DNA of 64,000 nucleotides from Macrostomum lignano. Taxonomy: Eukaryota. The notes below the pieces were generated by a model. The model saw only the letters and a list, made by a program, of their open reading frames with translations. It searched no databases and was not told where the DNA came from. The stretch covers positions 62,001-126,000 of the forward strand of contig NIVC01001091.1 of the NCBI GenBank assembly GCA_002269645.1, written 5' to 3'. Below, piece by piece: positions 1 through 12,159 of the stretch. Position numbers and translations under genes: made by a program. The first letter of the stretch is position 1, and every line of letters starts with the position of its first letter.

Positions 1-650
1 GACAGGCAAGGGATACAGGCAGGGGCAGACAGGCAAGGGATACAGGTAGGGGCAGACAGGCATGGGGCAGACAGGCAGGGGCAGACAGGCAGGGGCAGAC
101 AGGCAAGGGATACAGGCAGGGGCAGACAGGCAAGGGATACAGGCAGGGGCAGACAGGCAAGGGATACAGGCAGGGGCAGACAGGCAAGGGATACAGGTAG
201 GGGCAGACAGGCATGGGGCAGACAGGCAGGGGCAGACAGGCAGGGGCAGACAGGCAGGGGCAGACAGGCAAGGGATACAGGCAGGGGCAGACAGGCAGTG
301 GCAGACAGGCAAGGGGCAGACAGGCAGGGGCAGACAGGCAGGGGCAGACAGGCAGGGGCAGACAGGCAGGGGCAGACAGGCAAGGGATACAGGCAGGGGC
401 AGACAGGCAGGGGCAGACAGGCAAGGGGCAGACAGGCAGGGGCAGACAGGCAGGGGCAGACAGGCAGGGGCAGACAGGCAGGGGCAGACAGGCAAGGGAT
501 ACAGGCAGGGGCAGACAGGCAGGGGCAGACAGGCAAGGGGCAGACAGGCAGGGGCAGACAGGCAGGGGCAGACAGGCAGGGGCAGACAGGCAAGGGATAC
601 AGGCAGGGGCAGACAGGCATGGGGCAGACAGGCATGGGGCAGACAGGCAC
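1..650. repeat. G-rich minisatellite, 14-bp core GGGGCAGACAGGCA with longer variants (inserted AGGGATACAGGCA)
   Basis: Direct tandem repetition running off the window start; generates the spurious GQTGRGRQA ORFs. Confidence 0.95.
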
Positions 651-1325
651 AGTTCGTTAAGCCTACGCACAGAATGGCAGAGGCAAGGAGAGCAGCGGAA
701 GCGCTACCACTGAATGCAGAGAAGGACCCGAAAGCTCTGTGCATGGCTAAATGACTGGGTTCGAAAATCTCCACAGAGAAGAGAGGAAAAAGGGATGAAG
801 AGAGAGAGAGAGGGACAGAATGCCATTCATCAAAGCTTAATGGTGTCTTAAAGTTTAACTACCACTGAAAACGTGAGCCAATTTGGAGCCGAAGCGGATG
901 AAGGGAAGGGGCAGCTGAGGGCGGGAGAGAGGAATGGCTGGCAGGGCCATTGTGCGCGCAGCAATGCAATCGATCACGGAGGGGAGTCCCCAGCCAGCCT
1001 GCCTGTGCAGATTGGGGAAGGCGAATACGAGCTACTCGCTTCCCGTGGAAAATTATTCGATCATAAGCCCGGTGCTGCCCAGGCCTCGGAGCACACGCAG
1101 TGCTCATTGGGAGCTGGGAGCTTCTGAGTGACTGCCTGCCTGTCTGTCAACCGTTTTCATCTGCCTTCGGCCCAATCAGTCACGTTTCATTCTGCTTGGG
1201 GCAGCGCTGTGCTCGAGGTCCGGCTCGTCCTCCCCTCATTTTGCTCTTTTCCCAGCTCGTTGTCCCGTTTTCTTTTTCTCATTTCCGCGTCCTGAGCGGT
1301 CATTCTCCTCTATATGAACTCTCTA

Positions 1326-2275
1326 GTCTGTCTGTTCTGTCTCGCTGTGATGTATCTGTGTCTGTTCTGTCTCACTGTGATGTATCTGTGTCTGTTCTGT
1401 CTCGCTGTGATGTACCTGTATCTGTTCTGTCTCACTGTGATGTATCTGTGTCTGTTCTGTCTCGCTGTGATGTACCTGTGTCTGTTCTGTCTCGCTGTGA
1501 TGTACCTGTGTCTGTTCTGTCTCGCTGTGATGTACGTGTGTCTGTTCTGTCTCGCTGTAATGTACGTGTGTCTGTTCTGTCTCGCTGTGATGTACATGTG
1601 TCTGTTCTGTCTTGCTGTGATGTATGTGTGTCTGTTCTGTCTCACTGTGATGTACGTGTGTCTGTTCTGTCTCGCTGTGATGTATCTGTGTCTGTTCTGT
1701 CTCGCTGTGATGTACGTGTGTCTGTTCTGTCTCGCTGTGATGTACGTGTGTCTGTTCTGTCTCGCTGTGATGTATGTGTGTCTGTTCTGTCTCGCTGTGA
1801 TGTATGTGTGTCTGTTCTGTCTCGCTGTGATGTACCTGTGTCTGTTCTGTCTCGCTGTGATGTATGTGTGTCTGTTCTGTCTCGCTGTGCTGTATCTGTG
1901 TCTGTTCTGTCTCGCTGTGATGTATCTGTGTCTGTTCTGTCTCGCTGTGCTGTATCTGTGTCTGTTCTGTCTCGCTGTGATGTACGTGTGTCTGTTCTGT
2001 CTCGCTGTGATGTATGTGTGTCTGTTCTGTCTCGCTGTGATGTACATGTGTCTGTTCTGTCTTGCTGTGATGTATGTGTGTCTGTTCTGTCTCACTGTGA
2101 TGTATCTGTGTCTGTTCTGTCTCGCTGTGATGTACGTGTGTCTGTTCTGTCTCGCTGTGATGTATCTGTGTCTGTTCTGTCTCGCTGTGCTGTATCTGTG
2201 TCTGTTCTGTCTTGCTGTGATGTACCTGTGTCTGTTCTGTCTCACTGTGATGTATCTGTGTCTGTTCTGTCTCTG
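1326..2275. repeat. 30-bp minisatellite TCTGTGTCTGTTCTGTCTCGCTGTGATGTA, about 31 copies
   Basis: Seen directly; the 10-aa periodic ORFs on both strands derive from it. Confidence 0.95.
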
Positions 2276-3109
2276 TTCCATCATAATCAACCTCACTCAC
2301 TATTCACAGAAAGTGCAGTAGTCAAGCAGCCTTTCACGGGACATCTCCCGTGTTGTTTATTATCCAGCCCAGCCTCTCGAATGCAGTTCTGTCTTTAGCC
2401 AAGCTTCTTCAACTTTTCCTATCTCTCTCCAAATTCCTTCGCAGCCAGAAGCAGACAGAAGCGCATTGAGAGCAGAGAGAACATGCAGCTGGATGAATAC
2501 CTGTACCTGCGCCCCCCCCTTCTCCTCCGCGTGGCAGCTGCTGCCTCGCGTGCTGCTTGGCATTACAGCTGCTTTGCCTGCCTGCCAGCTTTGTGTCTTG
2601 CCGTCTTTTTTCCCAGCCCGGCGAGCAAGGGCGACACTTGTTGCTCTTCTTTATCCCCTGTGGCAGCCCACACGTTTCTTGGCGTTTTTTTCGCCTTTTT
2701 TCTGTCATAAAAATTCATATTTGGACTGAAATTCCCATTCAAATGATTCCCCAATGCACTCTTGCCGAGCGCAGTATGCTTTGCTTTGCCTTGTTCGACT
2801 CTCTTCCCAGCTGTTGCGTGGGCATTGCTAAATCCGACTCCTTGTTCTCTCTTTCTCTCCTGCCAGTTCTTCCCCTTTTATTTCTTACCCCAAGTCTCTG
2901 CTAGCGGATTCTTTAGCGAACGATAAGAAAGTTCTTAAGAATGGCAAAACTAGTCGATTCTTATAAAGCACGTTTATATTTCTAGGAAACAATAGAAAAA
3001 ACCTGTCAATTTTTTAGAAAAACCGACTAAAACCATGTCTGTTTTTTCGAAGCATGAGCAGATCCGTGTGACTTTCAGAGCAACAGGCCTATTTTTGTGT
3101 TTGTTTGTT

Positions 3110-3680
3110 TCTTAGAAGCATGAGCAAAGTCACGTCGCTTTCTAAGAAAAACAGTTAGATTCACGTCGCTTTCTTAGAAAACGGTTAGATTCACATCGCT
3201 TTCTTAGAAAACGGTTAGATTCACGTCGCTTTCTTAGAAAACGGCTACATTTATGTCGCTTTCTTAAAAACGGTTAGATTTATGTCGCTTTCTTAGAACA
3301 AACGGTTAGATTCACATCACTTTCTTAGAAAAACGGTTAAGATTCGCTTCGCTTTCTTAGAAAAACGGATAAATTCACGTCGCTTTCTTAAAAACGGTTA
3401 AATTTATGTCGCTTTCTTAGAACAAACGGTTAGATTCACATCGCTTTCTTAGAAAAACGGTTAAGATTCGCTTCGCTTTCTTAGAAAAACGGTTAGATTT
3501 ATGTCGCTTTCTTAGAAAAACGGTTAGATTCGCGTCGCTTTCTTAGAAAAAAACGGTTAGATTCACATCGCTTTCTTAGAAAAACGGTTAGATTCACATC
3601 GCTTTCTTAGATAAACGGTTAGATTCGCTTCGCTTTCTTATAAAAACGGTCGTATTCACGTCGATTTCTTAAAAAAACTT
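3110..3680. repeat. Degenerate ~30-bp minisatellite TTAGAAAAACGGTTAGATTCACGTCGCTTTC
   Basis: Seen directly; variable A-run lengths. Confidence 0.9.
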
Positions 3681-4555
3681 TACATTTTCTTGAGAAACAG
3701 GCAAATTTCTTAAAGAATAAACCTGAAAAATACTTTCGTAGCAAGAATTCCGGAAAGTACACGGTTCATTGCTTGTTGTCGAATTTTTCCTGGTGTGTCT
3801 GTTTTGCTAAGCCTCTCTGACACTCACCTTTACTTGAGTCGTTGCTACCAGCATTGAAGTCATGTGCCTACCGTGACAACAGGATTCAGAAAGCCTCACA
3901 AGCCAGCTCCTCCTCCTTGTATCGACCGCCACAGCTGCAGCTGCTATGAGCCAAGGACCCTCATCTTAACTGACAGACTTGTTCTCCGTCACATCGACCT
4001 GCTGAGACGAAGAAGAATGAGGAAAGCTCTTAGCCCAGGTTGGGTTGCCAATTTTGGATCCCAATTGTCAAGTGGCTCCTGGCACACCCGCCTGTCTTCG
4101 TGACTGCAGCGTCTTGCGTTCTCATTTTTCAGCCTCATCGCGTCCGCAGGGAATCGTGTTTTTTGTCTCAGCTGGCCGGAACACAATTTATTCATTTTTC
4201 TTTTTTTATCCACTGTTCCCCTCGAAGGGGTGAGCCGATCAATCAGTCTAAAACAGGTTTTTTTGCGTGTTTATTATCAGATATAAAAGGTATATGGACG
4301 TCAGTATTTTTTTTAAATTGAGAAGCTTAATTATTTTTAACAAATTCACGGCTGATAAAAGCCTGAAATGCTGATTGACGCGATATGACGAATCTGCAGC
4401 TAAACCCCGGAGACCATGCTGGTTGTGCGTTTGTCGCTTATGACTATCGTCTGTTTCTTTGAAAATCTTCTATTGCTGGGCGATAGGCCTCCCTCCCATG
4501 AGGTTTGTGAGATTCGTTTTTGATAGACAGAAAGGAGACTTTGTTACTAGAGAGT

Positions 4556-6172
4556 TTAACTCAATGATTAGATATCGGAGAGAATGACTCACTGATTAGA
4601 TATCGGAGAGATTGACTCAATGGTTAGATATCGGAGAGAGTGACTCAAAGATATCGGAGAGAGTGACTCACTGATTAGATATCGGAGAGATTGACTCAAT
4701 GGTTAGATATCGGAGAGATTGACTCAATGATTAGATATCGGAGAGATTGACTCAATGATTAAATATCGGAGAGAGTGACTCAATGATTAGATATCGGAGA
4801 GAGAGACTCAATGATTAGATATCGGAGAGAGTGACTCAATGATTAGATATCGGAGAGAATGACTCAATGATTAGATATCGGAGAGATTGACTCAATGATT
4901 AGATATCGGAGAGAGAGACTCAATGATTAGATATCGGAGAGAGAGACTCAATGATTAGATATCGGAGAGATTGACTCAATGATTAGGTATCGGAGAGAGT
5001 GACTCAATGATTAGGTATCGGAGAGAGTGACTCAATGATTAGATATCGGAGAGAGAGACTCAATGATTAGATATAGGAGAGATTGACTCAATGATTAGAT
5101 ATCGGAGAGAGAGACTCAATGATTAGATATCGGAGAGAGTGACTCAATGATTAGATATCGGAGAGAGTGACTCAATGATTAGATATCGGAGAGATTGACT
5201 CAATGATTAGGTATCGGAGAGAGAGACTCAATGATTAGATATCGGAGAGAGTGACTCAATGATTAGGTATCGGAGAGAGAGACTCAATGATTAGATATCG
5301 GAGAGAGTGACTCAATGATTAGATATCGGAGAGAGTGACTCAATGATTAAATATCGGAGAGATTGACTCAATGATTAGATATCGGAGAGAGTGACTCAAT
5401 GATTAGATATCGGAGAGAGTGACTCAATGATTAGATATCGGAGAGAGAGACTCAATGATTAGATATCGGAGAGAGACTCAATGATTAGATATCGGAGAGA
5501 TTGACTCAATGATTAGATAATGGAGAGAGGGACTCAATGATTAGATATCGGAGAGAGACTCAATGATTAGATATCGGAGAGAGTGACTCAATGATTAGAT
5601 ATCGGAAACAGTGACTCAATGATTAGATATCGGAGAGAGAGACTCAATGATTAGATATCGGAGAGAGTGACTCAATGATTAGATATCGGAGAGAGTGACT
5701 CAATGATTAGATATCGGAGAGAGACTCAATGATTAGATATCGGAGAGAGTGACTCAATGATTAGATATCGGAGACAGTGACTCAATGATTAGATATCGGA
5801 GAGAGAGACTCAATGATTAGATATCGGAAACAGTGACTCAATGATTAGATATCGGAGAGAGAGACTCAATGATTAGATATCGGAGAGAGTGACTCAATGA
5901 TTAGATATCGGAGAGAGTGACTCAATGATTAGATATCGGAGAGAGACTCAATGATTAGATATCGGAGAGAGTGACTCAATGATTAGATATCGGAGACAGT
6001 GACTCAATGATTAGATATCGGAGAGAGAGACTCAATGATTAGATATCGGAGAGAGAGACTCAATGATTAGATATCGGAGAGAGTGACTCAATGATTAGAT
6101 ATCGGAGAGAGTGATTCAATGATTAGATATCGGAGAGCGTGACTCAATGATTAGATATCGGAGAGAGAGACA
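4556..6172. repeat. 26-28-bp minisatellite GACTCAATGATTAGATATCGGAGAGAGT
   Basis: Seen directly, more than 55 copies. Confidence 0.95.
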
Positions 6173-7205
6173 AAGGCTACACCGATAGGAGAGAGTGGGG
6201 TTAAGCCAGAGACACCGATTCACTCAAGTGAGCCTAGCTAAAGCTGATGACAGTATATTCTGCGTCCTTTGTCTTTCCCAGTCTAATGAGGAGCTAGTCG
6301 TGCCCATGTACTTCTATCACAAAAGCTCCACAACACGCCTGTTGCTGGCTTATCCAGCTTTGCACTTTTGGCACGAAAAGTCCTCACCCTCAATTATCTG
6401 GAGAGAAGCACCTGCCCTGTAGCAGCTCTGTCAGTTTTGAGCATCAGCTGAAGCATCTGGACTAATTAACCAACCTGGTCTTTTGTCCCTCTCTGCCTCG
6501 AGTCACGAAGTGCTTCACGTTCGTTGAGTCAATCTCTTGCTCTCCTCCAACCCCTCTAGAAGTCGGTCTTCCCCACTCAAAATTTTGTCCGTGGGTGGAC
6601 AACTTTATACAAATCAATAATACAATAATATATTTGCGAGATTCACCAGATACTGTACGCAGGCCGGCACTCACACACACACTCACACAGGGTGTATAGG
6701 GCCCGTTGTTGACTTTCTATAAATAGTCAGATATGTCACACTTTCTGTGCCTTAGGGGTTGGTGTAAATCGCTTGACAACCTTATTTCTGTGCACAAGTC
6801 TGATTTTTTGAGTCAGACGCGTTCTACTGCTGAGCTTCGTGGTGGAGAACCCAGCCAGCAACCCGAAAATGGAAAGCTGATCCTTGGGAAGCCAGAGTTG
6901 AAGCAAACTTGATTTCAAACATCTGCCTAAAAAGTTGCCCTATGCGAGAAATTTGACACCCGCACCTCATCGCGGCCAGCCTCACCCAATCTTTTTCTGT
7001 TTCATTTTTCGCCTTTGCTTATCGCTTCCTCGTACAATGCTCGTACTTTTTCATGCTTTTACTTGTGCAAAGGTAAAGAGGAGCTTACTAGGGGGACACC
7101 GGGAGGGGAGAGCTTGGCAACAAAAAGATGAGCTGAAGGGAGATTCAAAAAGTAAAAAATTGTCATTGAATTCCAGACACTGAATTTTAAAGCAATGTCT
7201 TGAGA

Positions 7206-7500
7206 AGTTCCGGTGTGAGATTCAATGCAGTTCCGGTGTGAGATTCAATGCAGTTCTAGTGTGAGATTCAATAAAGTTCCGGTGTGAGATTCAATGCAGT
7301 TCCGGTGTGAGATTCAATGCAGTTCCGGTGTGAGATTCAATGCAGTTCCGGTGTGAGATTCAATGCAGTTCCGGTGTGAGATTCAATGCAGTTCCGGTGT
7401 GAGATTCAGTGCAGTTCCGGTGTGAGATTCAATGCAGTTCCGGTGTGAGATTCAGTGCAGTTCCGGTGTGAGATTCAATGCAGTTCCGGTGTGAGATTCA
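7206..7500. repeat. 23-bp minisatellite AGTTCCGGTGTGAGATTCAATGC, about 13 copies
   Basis: Seen directly; no spacers between units. Confidence 0.95.
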
Positions 7501-8109
7501 AGGTTCTCCATGGCTCAATGTTTTCGAGACTTAAAGAAAGATAATCGCAACAGTGACTATTCGCAGGCAATTAGCAAGCCCTAATCATGCGTTGGTCCTA
7601 ATTAGGCATCAGCGCAGCGTGTCGTGAATCCTGACTCGCAAAATTGTCGAGTCGCATGCAGACTAATCCGGGCAGGCCATGGCTGATCCAGAAGTGAGAA
7701 GTCCAGAAGTGAGACAGGAAACAGGAGAGAAAGGAGACAGATAATAAGGGTGACTGATGCCTCGCATTAGCCCCTCAGCTGCTCCAGCCTGTGGCCCAAA
7801 TATCCGACTTACCGTCTGGCCGAGTTGCCTTCTTTTAAAAAATCCTCTACCATCCCGTAGGTCTGAGCACAGATTAAAAGTACAGACTAGAGCTAATCCC
7901 GTATTAGCCAAACACACGGGTGCAGTGATATTTGACCGGAACTTAATGCGCTGTCATTCTATCTGAATAACAGATGGATATTGTGACACTGGGATGCGTT
8001 GACCCCTGCAGTCTAAGGGATACTGGCCTCTACTCTTTTTCCCTCCTCTTCCCCATGCCCTGTTTCCCTTTTCTCATTGCTGTTCCATGAGGTACCTATC
8101 TCACCAATC

Positions 8110-9150
8110 TCTCTTCTCTTCCCGGATCTCTCTTCCCTCCCCTCTGATCCCGGGATCTCTCTTCTCTCCCCTCTGATCCCGGATCTCTCTTCTCTCCCCT
8201 CTGATCCCGGATCTCACATCTGATCCCGGATCTCTCTTCTCTCCCCTCTGATCCCGGATCTCTCTTCTCTCCCATCTGATCCCGGATCTCTCTTCTCTCC
8301 CCTCTGATCCCGGATCTCACATCTGATCTCGGATCTCTCTTCTCTCCCCTCTGACCCCGGATCTCTCTTCTCTCCCCTCTGACCTCGGATCTCACATCTG
8401 ATCTCGGATCTCTCTTCTCTCCCCTCTGACCCCGGATCTCCTATCTGATCCCGGATCTCCTATCTGATCCCGGATCTCCCATCTGATCCCGGATCTCCCA
8501 TCTGATCCCGGATCTCCCATCTGATCCCGGATCTCCTATCTGATCACGGATCTCCCATCTGATCCCGGATCTCCCATCTGATCCCGGATCTCCCATCTGA
8601 TCCCGGATCTCCCATCTGATCCCGGATCTCCCATCTGATCCCGGATCTTCCATCTGATCCCGGATCTCCCATCTGATCCCGGATCTCCCATCTGATCCCG
8701 GATCTCCCATCTGATCCCGGATCTCCCATCTGATCCCGGATCTCCCATCTGATCCCGGATCTCCCATCCGATCACGGATCTCCCATCTGATCCCGGATCT
8801 CCCATCTGATCCCGGATCTCCCATCCGATCACGGATCTCCCATCTGATCCCGGATCTCCCATCTGATCCCGGATCTCCCATCTGATCCCGGATCTCCCAT
8901 CTGATCCCGGATCTCCCATCTGATCCCGGATCTCCTATCTGATCCCGGATCTCCCATCCGATCACGGATCTCCCATCTGATCCCGGATCTCCCATCTGAT
9001 CCCGGATCTCCCATCTGATCCCGGATCTCCCATCTGATCCCGGATCTCCCATCTGATCCCGGATCTCCTATCTGATCCCGGATCTCCCATCCGATCACGG
9101 ATCTCCCATCTGATCCCGGATCTCCCATCTGATCCCGGATCTCTCTTCTC
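8110..9150. repeat. Compound minisatellite: 28-bp TCTCTTCTCTCCCCTCTGATCCCGGATC switching to 19-bp TCCCATCTGATCCCGGATC
   Basis: Seen directly; both units share TCTGATCCCGGATCTC. Confidence 0.95.
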
Positions 9151-9515
9151 TCCTGTATCTTCCGATCGAACAGATTTTTTTTCACCTGTGCCTTTAGTTG
9201 ATGCTGAACAAGAAAGCACTGCGGCAAAGATGCGGGCAAAGCCGCAAGCCCGATTCCCCGTGTGCATTCCCCATTCCAATTAATTTGTGCACAATGGTTG
9301 TCTAAGGCATAAAAAGGGATTGAAATCCAATCTAATTAATTCAGCTGGGGACCCATCTTGAATCAGGCTCCCACCTGCATCTGATTCTTTGACACTTCAC
9401 ACTTGCAATGTTGTTTTTTGGAAGCAGAGCTGATCCGAAATTGCGTTGCTAACGAAATATCTAACGAAATACCATTCTATTATTCAAAATATCTAAATAC
9501 TCATAAGTAAGTGTG

Positions 9516-10465
9516 TCATAAGTAATGTCACTGATGTGAAAACGGACGAACTTGCAATCGCAGCTGAACAAAACTGTACCACTCAACAACATAGAGTCCC
9601 CCAATATCAATCACCCCCTGGCAGTGCTCATACAGCTTGTCCACCTCAGCCTACAGGTGTTTTTCCTCCAACTGCCGTAACCAGTGCAACGCGGCCTGTT
9701 TGACCTCTTCATGATTTGCGAAACTCTTCTTGGAAAATTCAGCCTTCAGCCATTTGAACAGGAATCTCTTGCACAAGTTGAAGTCCGGGCTGTAGGGACT
9801 CTGTCAGAGCAGATTCACTCGCCATGCAGGCAGAAAATTCGAAAAAGCCTTACAGGTGTGCGGCCGTGCGGTGTCCATCTGCCACAGAACCTCGTCCAGG
9901 TGACATGGATTTGACCGAAGATTACGCCAGAGGTCTCCAGTGTGCCGGATAAAGTCGATAAAATACTGGCCATCGACTTTGGTGTTCGGTGGAGTTGTGC
10001 AGATGGAGACTCGTTCTTTTGGCGTGAAGGCTACCAGCAGCATGGTCTTCTTGTCCAAGATGGACTTCCTGGTCACAGTCGCCCTGGAGTCCCCAGCTCC
10101 CAGCCAGCAGCGATTGTCTGCCTTGCTGCCCTTGCCTTCCAGGTGGAGCCAGCTTTCATCCTCAGCAACCAGGCAGTTTAGGATGTCATTCAAGCCCCGG
10201 CTGCTGAACACCTTGCGGATCTGCTTGGTGCAGGCGTCTTGTCGAGATTCATGGTGATTTTTGTTCGCTGCAAAGACGATTTTTCATCGCGTTGCACTTG
10301 CTAAATCTGCTTGGCGTATTCTTGCGATAGCTTGGGCCATAAACAACCTATGCACGTCTCAAATGCACTGCTATTGCTTCACTAAGTATACTTTGCAGCT
10401 ACGCTACCCACAAGTCCATGTGCCTACATATTTTAGACAGAAGCCTGCAGTGACATTACTTATGA
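9516..10465 (-). mobile_element. Degenerate, internally deleted mariner (DD34D-type) DNA transposon
   Basis: Minus strand reads AEDESW...KTMLLVAF...QMDTARPH...LL*QSPYSPDFNLCKRFLF...CQGVIDIGGLYV, matching mariner TGDEKW / HDNARPH / PYSPDLAPSDF motifs. Stops at 9804-9806 and 9651-9653. Perfect 18-bp inverted repeat TCATAAGTAATGTCACTG at 9516-9533 and 10448-10465. Confidence 0.85.
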
Positions 10466-10814
10466 TCGTACGTGCATACGATCGTAATTTATTAAGTTAT
10501 GCTCGATAGGGATATAAAAGGGTATGTGAACTTAAGGTTCCAGAGGTCGGGTTAACCTCCGCTTCGTCGAGGTCGAAATCGTCTGCCTAAAATTCGTGAT
10601 ACGAACCCCCTTCTTGACGCTAGTTGTGTCCCCATCAAGGCGGGAAAACACAATGAGAGCTGGGGTGGGGGATAGCATAAACATTTTATGCATTTGAAGC
10701 TCCAAATCAGTCGTGGAGAAATCGGGACCCCATAATTCAGGCTCCATTCTGCAGCCTCAAGTTCACTTCCTCAAAGACTTCTCTGTACTTTTCTTGCAAC
10801 ACTTCAGCCAGGCC

Positions 10815-12114
10815 ATGGCCTCCGCAGTCTTCGGCGAGCAAGTGGACAGTCGCCGCCGGCTCCCGGTGCGGCCGATCCTCATCAGCGCTCCCTCTCAGCC
10901 AGCCGAAGGCGAGGAGCCGTCGCAGCCGCCGCAGCCGTCGCAGCTGCTGCAGCGGCAGCACCGCCAGTCGGTGTCCCAGGAGGCGCTGAAAATGGACGAC
11001 TTCGACCTCTACTGTCGCATCGCCAACAGCCCGGCCAGCATGGGCAACAGCAGCCCGCTGCACAGCCCGGCCGGCTCGGCCATCGCCAAGGTGGACGAGT
11101 GGATTCGCAGCCTGGCCGGCCACGAGCTGGAGGCGCCCGACTTGTCCGGAGCCGGCCAGCAGCAGCCGCAGCAGCAGGGAGGCTTCCTGCGCGTGGAGCA
11201 GCCCAGCGGTTGCCGCATCAACAGGTACCGGTCCAAGTCGCACCGGCTGCGCCGGGAGCGCCACACGATGCTGCCAGCCTCGTCTGCGGCTGCCGCAGTT
11301 GCCCCGGCGGCCAGCCTAGGCGACAGCCTTCGCCGGCCGCGGCTGGGCAGCGCGGGGGGCGCAGAGGCTGCAGCAGCGGGCGCAGCAGCGACGGCGCCTG
11401 AGCCTCCGACGGAGACCCTGGTCCGGGTGCGCAGCTTCAGGCGGACCAAGCGCGGCCTGGTGAACCAAGGTGAGAAAATGAAATGAATGTGACAGGGATA
11501 TGATAGGGATATGATAGGGATATGATAGAGAGATTATAGGGATATGATAGGGATATGATAGGGATATGATAGGGATATGATGGGATATGATAGGGATATG
11601 ATAGGGATATGATAGGGATATGATAGGGATATGATGGGATATGATAGGGATATGATAGGGATATGATAGGGATATGATGGGATATGATAGGGATATGATA
11701 GGGATATGATAGGGATATGATGGGATATGATAGGGATATGATAGGGATATGATAGGGATATGATGGGGATATGATGGGATATGATAGGGAGATGATAGGG
11801 ATATGATAGGGAGATGATAGGGATATGATAGGGAGATGATAGGGATATGATAGGGATATGATAGGGATATGATAGGGATATGATAGGGATATGATAGGGA
11901 TATGATAGGGATATGATAGGGATATGATAGGGATATGCGGGCACGGGTTGTCCGCACTGGCTTACGTGTGGAGTGGAAAAAAGACTTACCATTAAAAGTG
12001 CACCTGAACTCCTGTCAATCCGAAGGCGACGCCACGGCCGTCGTCAAGGGCGCCCGCAGCAGCTGCAGCCTGCACAGTTCGGCTGCCAGCAGCGACCCGG
12101 AGCTCCGGCTGCAT

Positions 12115-12159
<45 letters not shown>

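Noticed and set aside
62-2398. Long ORFs (GQTGRGRQA, VSVLSRCD, QNRHRYIT) at the window start
   Set aside because: They are translations of minisatellites, open on several frames and both strands, with no domain motifs.
2400-4320. Short GC-rich ORFs between the repeats
   Set aside because: No motifs, and no consistent splice chain could be built.
4556-7500. 23-28-bp repeat arrays as possible CRISPR
   Set aside because: Units are contiguous with no unique spacers, there are no cas genes, and the context is eukaryotic.
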